Source of the DNA: Selaginella moellendorffii
Taxonomy: Eukaryota; Plantae; Lycopodiophyta
Reading direction: 5' to 3'
Assembly: GCF_000143415.4 (NCBI RefSeq)
Contig: NW_003314353.1
Location: forward strand, 338,140-402,139
Length of the DNA: 64,000 nt
The notes beneath the pieces were generated by a model that saw nothing but the letters and a program-made list of their open reading frames with translations, was not told the DNA's origin and ran no database searches. A program made the position numbers and the translations under genes. The stretch's first letter is position 1. Each line of letters starts with the position of its first letter. Of this stretch, positions 38,001-47,446 are shown one piece after another.

Positions 38001-40710
38001 CAACACACGGGACACCTTTGAGTAGTGCGGCTCGAAAAAATAGTCCGCCGCAGTTGTACTCGACAACACATTTGCCCTTGGAGTCGGAAGCAGGTGACCC
38101 ACCCGCTATTGCGTTGAAGACCCAGCTGAGCATTTCCCATGCTGCACCTGGAGCTTTCTCTGGATTCTAAAGCTCCATAGTCATCTTCAGTTCCTCAGGC
38201 ACGGGTAAATTGACCTCCCTTAGATCAATTCGATCAGCCTTGTCGAACGAAGCTGGGAAGTCACTCCAGTCCCACTCTGCTGCAGGACCAATAACAAGGG
38301 CGAGTGTGAAGATGCGGACATTCGTCGGTATCTTCTTCTTAGCTATTATCCCATGGATCTCTTGCATCTCCTTGCCTTTCAACCGAGCCTTCACCTCGTT
38401 CAAGGCCTTCCAAAACTTGTGATAGGATTCGGAGTCGTAGATCATATAGTGGACTGAAGATTCCACCTCCGCAAGTCCCATCATTAAGTCAATGATGGAG
38501 CTGACTTCGTTTGCATGAGTGATCTCCTCGTTTGTGAAGTCCATCACACAAAAGATGTTCTTGACCTGCTCATCTCCGCGGGAAACGATGCTCCTCCACC
38601 TTTGATCCTCATCCGAATTCACGTATACCCGGTAAGGTTCTCGATAGGCCTCTGCTGCGGGCTCGAGCTGTTTCTGAAGCCGGCGGTCGACATCCCTCTT
38701 AATGAAATTTGGATAGTGATCCAACTTCTCAGCTTTACTTTTCGTGGCATCCCGTAGCAGATCGATGAACTTGGGGGCCCCCTTCACGTACTCGTCGATG
38801 TCTTCATTTGACAACTCCAGCTCTTCCATCATCTCTTGCGTGGTGTCGATGCTCACCCTCTCCACGGCCACTTGCTCGAAGATCCAATCCTTCAATAGCG
38901 CACGAGCTCTTAGAGTCGTGCACAAGTCCTCGTATGTCACAATATGGCTGGGAGTCATTTTGGTCTTGTTGAAGACTACCTCACCACGTAGAAGAGCATT
39001 AGCCACTGTCAGAAGGTCGTCGTCGTCTAGAGACCACGAGAAACGCAAGGCGTTGAGCTTCAAATCATTGGGCTTCTGGCCGTCCTCCACACCCATTGAG
39101 TTTAGCAACTCCCCGTCATGGTACCTCCTCAGCACATCTACCCATTTGTCAAAAACAACTTTTGTCGTGAGTAGAATGTTATGGATGCTGAGTGTCATTG
39201 ACCCCCAGTGTTTTCGAGAGAAGACTCAAGAATTCCTGCAATGGAAATGGCGTGAGGCCACATGCTATGCCACATGCAACGAGGCTTACCTGCCAGGCGC
39301 TAGTTGCTAGTGCACATCCTTGTCCTGGTTTTTGTGGCTTCTTCAGTTGAACCCAGAGCTTCCGTGTTCGTGCCAATGTCTCGTGCAGACCCGATTTGTA
39401 GCACGTTTCTTGCTTCACATTCTGCGCGTGGGAGATGTATATGATAGATCGGAGGGGCGAGTTGCCTTTTATCAGGCGGACAACTCTTGTCTTGAAGACT
39501 TTCTTCACCTCCTCACCCACCATAATATCCACAACTATCTCTTGCATCGCCAAGCTAGAATGCTGCCCGGAGACGGCATAGAACCGGATGTTCTGATCGT
39601 CCAACACCTTCCTATTGATCAAGTCTGGAAACCTTGTCTCGCCCTTCATTGTTCGGTAGTAGGGGATCACGTCTGCGATGTCGGGTGTTACTGGACTTGC
39701 CAGCATCTTCTGCTTCAGTTTCTCCACCCACTCATCAGATACTAGCTTGTGGTTGTATTTGCTTTGGATGTCGATACGGCTCACGTCGATTGTATATACT
39801 TTGTTGGAATAGTAACAAATACTATTATCTGCGATGATTTTTGCTGCCTCTTCTTGCTCTTTCTGCTCTTTGCGGCTCTTCTTTTTGGTGGGTGTAGTGT
39901 TCGAACCCGAGGCAATGGCATCACCGAGTAGCTTCTTTTTTGGAGCAGGAGAGTCGGACGTTGGCTTGAGCTTGACCACCCTTTTCTGCTTCGGGGTAGT
40001 TTCCAGATCGACCCCCTTCCCCTTCGCTTCGCGAACTGGAGGCACTCTCAACGGCTCAATGTTGGAATATAGTTTTTGAACATCGCCGTAGGTGAGGTCC
40101 GTGGATTCCATGTGATCTTCATAGACCCGCAGCGTCTTTGAAATTGTGGGCCTCCTGGACAACCTCTCCCTAGCTCCCTCTAGGAATTCCTCATAGCCGT
40201 TGCCCCCCTCCGGGAAGCCGCTAGGATGTGCAAGGTGGATCTTGAAGGCGGACGCTGTCTCTACCACAAGTGCCAGTCCATATTCTTGCATGGAATTGCA
40301 TGGAGTGTCTGTCACTTGGATGAGGATCCCCATGCATTCTTTTCTCCCACCATCTGTGTTGTACAGCCTTAGATCCTCGCCTTCCATCCCGAAAGTCCAA
40401 CTGGTGAGCTCCTCCCCCTTCTCTGCATCCACATTGACAGTGGCTGGAAGAAGAACACAATTCCTCGCCTGTTCAGAAATGCACAACAATTAGAGCTGAC
40501 AGATGAAAAGCTAGCAGCTGGAAATAACGTGAGGCCACACGCCATTCACCACTGCATTAGATGTCTTGAGGCTGCATCCTAAGATGGCGTGAGGCTACAC
40601 GCCATCTGTAACCGGACTGCACTCGAGAGCCCAATCGGTGCATGCCAATGTTGCTACTGAATGGCATGTGGCCTCATGCCATTTTCTACTTGGCCTAAAA
40701 GACTTACCAT
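35083..40710 (-). pseudogene. Transposon cargo gene: ParB/Srx-like + degenerate amino-MTase-like + acidic linker + FCP1/NIF HAD-like domain
   Basis: ATG|GTAAGT at 40710-40701, acceptor at 40469 (M|ARNCVLL), 54-bp intron 39289-39236. Motifs FYAVSGQHSSLA, CVVEYNCGGLFFRAALLKG, CIVFDLNGVL, GVWTS, ILIINDS. In-frame stops at 38167 and 35731, frameshifts near 39190, 35965 and 35497. Confidence 0.65.
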
Positions 40711-41739
40711 TTGAAGCCGAATGGAGGCGTGACAATCGAGGCCGGACTCGCTGGCGAATGTGCACTGTGTGTGCAGTGGATCGTAGCAGCAAGGCTACTC
40801 TGCCACTTACAATTGGAGAGTGGCGCTGAAATCTCCCGGGACGCCAAGTGGGCTGCGTGTGGGTGGCGGAGTGGGCGGCGGAGTTGGCAGCGAAGTTACA
40901 AACTGGGTGTGTCTTGAAGTGGACGCCGATGCACACGAGCGCGATGTGAGCGCGAGTGTGATGCAAGTGCGAGTGGACGCCGATGCACACGAGAAACCTG
41001 TAGAGAAGGTAGATGAGCGCGAATGTGAGCGTGATCGCGAGTGGGAGCGCGATGCGAGCGCGAGTGTGCAAGCGCGAGTACGATGCAAAACCTAACCTCA
41101 CACGCGCGAAATGTCATGACGGTAGGTAATCCCGCCACGTCATCATTCCTCAAACTTGGGCGCCACCATTAATTTCTGGATCACCGCGCGCATGCATGCA
41201 TGTGAAATCCAAAAGAAATCCGCAACATCATCATTCCTCGGACTGCATGCACGCGAAATCCAAAAGAAAGATCATGATTGGGATATCATTTAATACCCTC
41301 GCTATATTTATACCATGCATGATTGGATATTCCAAAGCATCTTGTATTTCCAAAAATGCCAGATGTTCAGCTAAATAAAGAATGGTATACAATGTCCTTC
41401 TTGATGACCCTGCAAAGAAGCATCTCGATCGGACACCACATGAGACCACACGAGCCTTACAATGTTTCAGGGGCATTTGCCATAGATCCGACTGTTATTT
41501 TGCTCCAAGATTCTACAGTTTGGTGTGCATTGACCTTTCCATCGACACTGCAAAGGGACATCACAATCAGATGTGGGATCACAAAAAACTAACTTCACTA
41601 ACTCTGGTTTCACCAAGATCTATGTAAGGAGTTATGAAATGAAAGGACCCTCTCTATTGAAATGTGTTTATGGTCCTGACATATCAAAGGATTTTGCATC
41701 AAGTTCTGTATTTGCATGTTTATCAAGCTACTGAATTGC

Positions 41740-41765
41740 TAAACCCTAAACCCTAAACCCTAAAC
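41740..41765 (+). promoter_or_regulatory. Three tandem plant telomeric repeats / telo-boxes (AAACCCT)3
   Basis: TAAACCCTAAACCCTAAACCCTAAAC lies in the spacer between the divergent cargo and transposase genes. Confidence 0.55.
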
Positions 41766-43029
41766 ATGTGGCAAATGCTGCGTGAAGAAAGATGCCCTTT
41801 CTGGGCAAATGCTGTAAGAGGCAGATGCCGAGCAGATGTATCTCAGGCTAGCGAAGGGGACAAACGGAAGCTAGCTATAAACATGACGGGATGCAAATAG
41901 ATTACTAGGCTGGTCCTGCGAAAATCAAAAACCATAATTGAAAACATTGAAAATGCAAAAAGAAAGGTTTATAATATTTTTGAATTTTAAGCAACCAAAG
42001 GAATGTAAGTAGGGCATGTGTTTGTAAGTTTAAAAATGCCTCAACCACTTAAATTCCCAAGTAAATAAAGCTGTTTCTATTTTTGGTACATGTAAACTTT
42101 ATAGCGTGTGGGCTCATGCAATTTTGAACCCAAAAATGCACCAAAAAATGCTCGACTAGCATTATTCTTTGAATGGCGTGTGGCCTTATATTGCCATAAA
42201 TGGACGTACACACACAGCATAATTATTCCTTTACACAGCGAATAATCTTGGCGCGGATCGCTGACATGGCATGGCAAAATTCGAATCACTGACATGGCAC
42301 AGCTGGATCGAGGCAAGGACATGATGTGACAAAGTTCAACCTCCGACAGCAAAGTCTAGAAGCTACTCAGTTTGAAATTTGTCAGAGGAATCATAAGATC
42401 TGGTTTGTCAGAGGATTTGATGTGACGTTCAAGCGTGTGTTATTTTTGAATTCTCGAACTCATTCCTAGGTCTATCATTTTTGTGCGCCGTGTTCTTGGT
42501 TCCGCTGAGCGCAGTGAGCGCTGCTTGTGTAAGCGGCGTTGTGAGCTGTGGTTTATGCGTCTACGAGCGGTTGCGGCATTGCGAGCGCTATTGCGAGCGG
42601 CAGTTTATGCGAGTGGCAGTTTGTGCGAGCGGTGCTACGAGTAGTTGCGGTGTTGCGAGCGGCACTGTCTTTGGTGTGGCTACCGCTTTCTCTTGATATT
42701 CGGCACTTGTGCTTCCTGGTATGTTCACCATGGAATGGCTTAGGACCACATTTAGAAATGGCATGAGGCCACATGCCATCTTGGGCCCTTGCAATTTCAT
42801 GGCTAGCGTATTGTCATGTATGTTTTTACTTGCCTGCAACTGTGTGTATATCAAGATGGCATGAGGCCTCATGCCAATTTTGTGAATGCGAAATTTCACG
42901 TGGGTGTCAATAGCATGTTTGAATAATGGCATGTGGCCTCATGCTATTGAGGTTGTTTGGTATGTTATGATTTAGGCCATTCTCCAATCATTTTTTGTAT
43001 GGTCTTAATTTCTTTTCTGCACTTTCAGA

Positions 43030-44172
43030 ATGGCCTCCGCAAGTGCGACGCATGTTCCCTCCGTGGATCTTAAGAACCGTGCTACATGGATTCAGGCAAA
43101 GGTGTTTCTAAACAACCCCGAGGGGGAGGTGGTAGCTGAGGGCTTAGCCACAGTTGTCGATCCAAGAGATGCGGTTGCTAATCAAGAATTAAGCTGGGAT
43201 GATATTGGAGTTGCGATTTTAGAGGTTGTTGACACAGAAGAAAACAATCTGACTATTGGAAGCATTGTGCGGTGGAAATTGAGGCACTTAGTGTTTGAGA
43301 ATGTGAAGGATTCACAATCAAACACCACTACAACTGATGACAGAACATCTCTTCATGGGAAAAGAAAGTACACCTTCCTAAAGCGCAGCCAAAGGGATCT
43401 GAGCAACGAACCGAAAAGGCAAAAAATGGCGATAGAGGTTTGAATGGTCTCGACAGTTGCTTGTTGCAAGAGGAGGTGCTGTCAACATGCTGATTGGGAT
43501 GCTATTGAAGAGGAGAGAGCAAGATACAAGACATTGTCCTGGAAGGCAGCTCGCAATTTTGTGTATGAGGCATTACGGTCATCTGTTGATGCTTCAGAAC
43601 ATCAGGTGGGGGGCATGGTCTTCCAGAGGGGTTTGGTCTGCATGAAGGCATGGAGAATCATTTATGGAGTCCTTCGAACCACATTCTACAGAATCAAAAC
43701 TGAGTTCGAGGAACAAAGGGTTCAACAGGCAGTCCATGGGAACGACGGTACTCACAAAACCAGGGGTGATGTTGTATATGGAGAGGCAATCTTCAAGAGG
43801 TTTGTCGAGATATGTAGCGAGCAGCAACCACATAAAACTCGCCTCTTGGAAGATGGAACTCGAGACACCCAACGAGTTCTCCCTTCCATGTATACCAAGG
43901 GGGCCATATTGGAAGATGTGAATCGGGAACTCCAGAGTAATGGCTACAGGAAGCTGAGCCAATCTAGATTTAGTAGATTGTGGAGCAACAGGTTCAGGGA
44001 TGTGAGTATAAGAAAGTACTCCAGCTTTTCAAAGTGTGACGAGTGCACTGCTATCAAAATGGCTTTGTCGAAGAATTCTTGCATCGCTCAAGAGCGAGAG
44101 ACGTTGGTTAGAAGGCGGCTCGACCACAACATCGAGCAGAGAAGCTGCAGGACTGCATATTATCATAACAAG
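43030..44172 (+). pseudogene. Duplicate 5' part of the transposase (probable haplotype or assembly duplication beside the gap)
   Basis: Nearly identical to 44729-45870, including the same in-frame TGA (43441 and 45140); abuts the N gap. Confidence 0.7.
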
Positions 44173-44320
44173 ATGCAGTGTTGCGAGTAGGCGCTGAGAG
44201 TAGTTGCGGTGTTGCGAGCGGCACTGTCTTTGGTGTGGCTACCGCTTTTGCTTGATATTCGGCACTTGTGCTTCAAGGCAATCTCTTCATCCATGCAGCT
44301 GCCTGTGTCTCTGTTTGGCA

Positions 44321-44420
44321 NNNNNNNNNNNNNNNNNNNNNNNNNNNNNNNNNNNNNNNNNNNNNNNNNNNNNNNNNNNNNNNNNNNNNNNNNNNNNNNN
44401 NNNNNNNNNNNNNNNNNNNN
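44321..44420. other. Assembly gap (100 N)
   Basis: Run of N. Confidence 1.
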
Positions 44421-44728
44421 CCCAGAACTATGGGAACTTCTTTGTACCTCTATGGGGTGGCAGGGGTGCAAACATGATGATTGCGTCCCTAGCAAAACAC
44501 TTAAGGTTTTGTCATGTATGTTTTTACTTGCCTGCAACGGTGTGTATATCGACATGGCATGAGTGCCTCATGCCAATTTTGTGAATGCGAAATTTCACGT
44601 GGGTGTCAATAGCATGTTTGAATAATGGCATGTGGCCTCATGCTATTGAGGTTGTTTGGTATGTTAGGATTTAAGCCATTCTCCAATCATTTTTTGTATG
44701 GTCTTAACTTCTTTTTTGCACTTTCAGA

Positions 44729-47446
44729 ATGGCCTCCGCAAGTGCGACGCATGTTCCCTCCGTGGATCTTAAGAACCGTGCTACATTGGTTCAGGCAAAG
44801 GTGTTTCTAAACAACCCCGAGGGGGAGGTGGTAGCTGAGGGCTTAGCCACAGTTGTCGATCCAAGAGATGCGGTTGCTAATCAAGAATTGGGCTGGGATG
44901 ATATTGGAGTTGCGATTTTAAAGGTTGTTGACACAGAAGAAAACAGTCTGACTATTGGAAGTATTGTGCGGTGGAAATTGAGGCACTTAGTGTTTGAGAA
45001 TGTGAAGGATTCACAATCAAACACCACTACAACTGATGACAGAACATCTCTTCATGGGAAAAGAAAGTACACCTTCCTAATGCGCAGCCAAAGGGATCTG
45101 AGCAACGAACCGAAAAGGCAGAAAATGGCGATAGAGGTTTGAATGGTCTCGACAGTTGCTTGTTGCAAGAGGAGGTGCTGTCAACATGCTGATTGGGATG
45201 CTATTGAAGAGGAGAGAGCAAGATACAAGACATTGTCCTGGAAGGCAGCTCGCAATTTTGTGTATGAGGCATTACGGTCATCTGTTGATGCTTCAGAACA
45301 TCAGGTGGGGGGCATGGTCTTCTAGAGGGGTTTGGTCTGCATGAAGGCATGGAGAATCATTTATGGAGTCCCTCGAACCACATTCTACAGAATCAAAACT
45401 GAGTTCGAGGAACAAAGGGTTCAACAGGCAGTCCATGGGAACGACAGTACTCACAAAACCAGGGGTCATGTTGTATATGGAGAGGCAATCTTCAAGAGGT
45501 TTGTCGAGACATGTAGCGAGCAGCAACCACATAAAACCCGCCTCTTGGAAGATGGAACTCGAGACACCCAACGAGTTCTCCCTTCCATGTATACCAAGGG
45601 GGCCATATTGGAATATGTGAATCGGGAACTCCAGAGTAATGGCTACAAGAAGCTGAGCTAATCTAGATTTAGTAGATTTTGGAGCAACAGGTTCAAGGAT
45701 GTGAGTATAGGAAAGTACTCCAGCTTTTCAAAGTGTGACGAATGCACTGCTATCAAAATGGCTTTGTCAAAGAATTCTTGCATCGCTCAAGAGCGAGAGA
45801 CGTTGGTTAGAAGGCGGCTCGACCACAACATCGAGCAGAGAAGCTGCAGGACTGCATATTATCATAACAAGATTCTCTCCATGGAGAGACCTGACTCTTA
45901 CCTCTGCATCATCCACGACAAAATGGACCAGAAAAAGACGTGCTTACCTCGACTCAATCCTGCCCCCAAGGCAATCTCTTCATTCATGCAGCTGCCTGTG
46001 TCTCTGTTTGGCATAATCGCTCATGGGCATGGTGCCCAGAACTATGGGAACTTCTTTGTACCTCTATGGGGTGGCGGGGGTGCAAACATGATGATTGCGT
46101 CCCTAGCAAAACACTTAAGGTCTCTACAAAGTGCGCAGACTGAGCTAAACGGCCAACCCTTGCATAAGGCCCTTGTCGATCGAACCCCATACAGGGTTCA
46201 GCTGGAGGAGGAGCAAAGGCTTGCAGTATCGCGTGGGGCCCCATACCATCCCAGTGAATATGTTGGCCGTTAGATTGTAGGGTTATCACGTGAGGCCTCA
46301 TGCCATTCCGACGAGGCTGGTCGCCCGGTGAATGCACAGCCTCATCCAAATGAAGCAGAATCTCAAGGAATTTCTTGCGGCCGATGTGGCCTTCCACCCC
46401 ATCTTCTGCTCCAAACAGACAATGCTGGTAGTAAGAACAAAAACATGTACGTCTTCGCGTACTTGGCGATGCTTGTTGCCAAAGGCATATTTGAAACGGT
46501 TACACTTGGCTTTCTCATGGTTGGGCACATTCATGAAGACGTCGATGCCATGTTCAGTCACCTGGCAGAGTCCCTCCAGCGATCCAATGTGCTCACCCTC
46601 CCACAACTCTAAGATGAATTCCAAAATTGCATCAAAGGCACTGTTGAAGCTGCACTTGTGACAGAGGTTCCAGACTTTAAGGGGTTTGTAAGAGGCTACA
46701 TCAGGGACGGATCCGAAACGCTGATTGGCCACTCCAAGCCTCTTCAGTTTCATTTCAGCATGCGTGACAGTGCTCCAGTGATGAGGTACAAGATGAGAGA
46801 ATGGGACACAATGTGGCTGCCAGTGGACGGCATTGAACTCTTCAAGAGAGATCCCATAACTGGGGAACCTATGATTCCTCAGGGTTCCCCATGGCCGATG
46901 CACCCGGATGGACTCAAAGACCAGGAAAGTATAGTGGCCGGGATTAGACAGCATATTGCCTTCTGGAAGAGGGGGTTGATGTTTGGTGGAGAATCCTATT
47001 TTCAGAGGTGCAAGCCTTTGATCGAATACTGGGAGAAGATTATATCTGCTATCCAAAATTGGCCGGTTGTATATGAAGAATTGGAAGAGTCCTTTTGGCC
47101 AGAACCCAGAGCACTAGATAGTAGCGGAACAATGTCCTCTGAAAATGCAGTGACAGATAACGATGTTGAGGATCACTATTGTGGGCCGAGGAACAAGAAG
47201 CCGGATTCAGCATTCAATCCAGTACAGGTCTGCAAAGGAATGGTCGTGCTTGTCAGACCCAGTAATAAAAAACAAATGATATGGGTGGGGCGTTGCATCA
47301 CTGATGCAGAGGAGGACGCGGAAACTAACTCCTTCAATGTAACTGTAGAGTGGTTCAAGCCAAGTTCCGGATATACGAAGGATTGCCTAGAAAAGAGATG
47401 GGTGCTGAATCCAAGGGATCCCAGCATGCTGCATATCGGTGGATAA
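44729..47446 (+). pseudogene. DDD-type transposase, Sola-like, with premature stops
   Basis: VCMKAWRIIYG, FSKCDEC, YLCIIHDKMDQKKTCLP (D1), LLLQTDNAGSKNKN (D2), FLMVGHIHEDVDAMFS (D3), VPDFK. Stops near 45140, 45659 and 46610. Confidence 0.8.

Noticed and set aside
42820-45870. Apparent tandem duplication of the transposase 5' half
   Set aside because: The near-identical copies flank a 100-N gap and 44173-44510 is a patchwork of nearby segments, so this is most likely a haplotype or assembly artefact.
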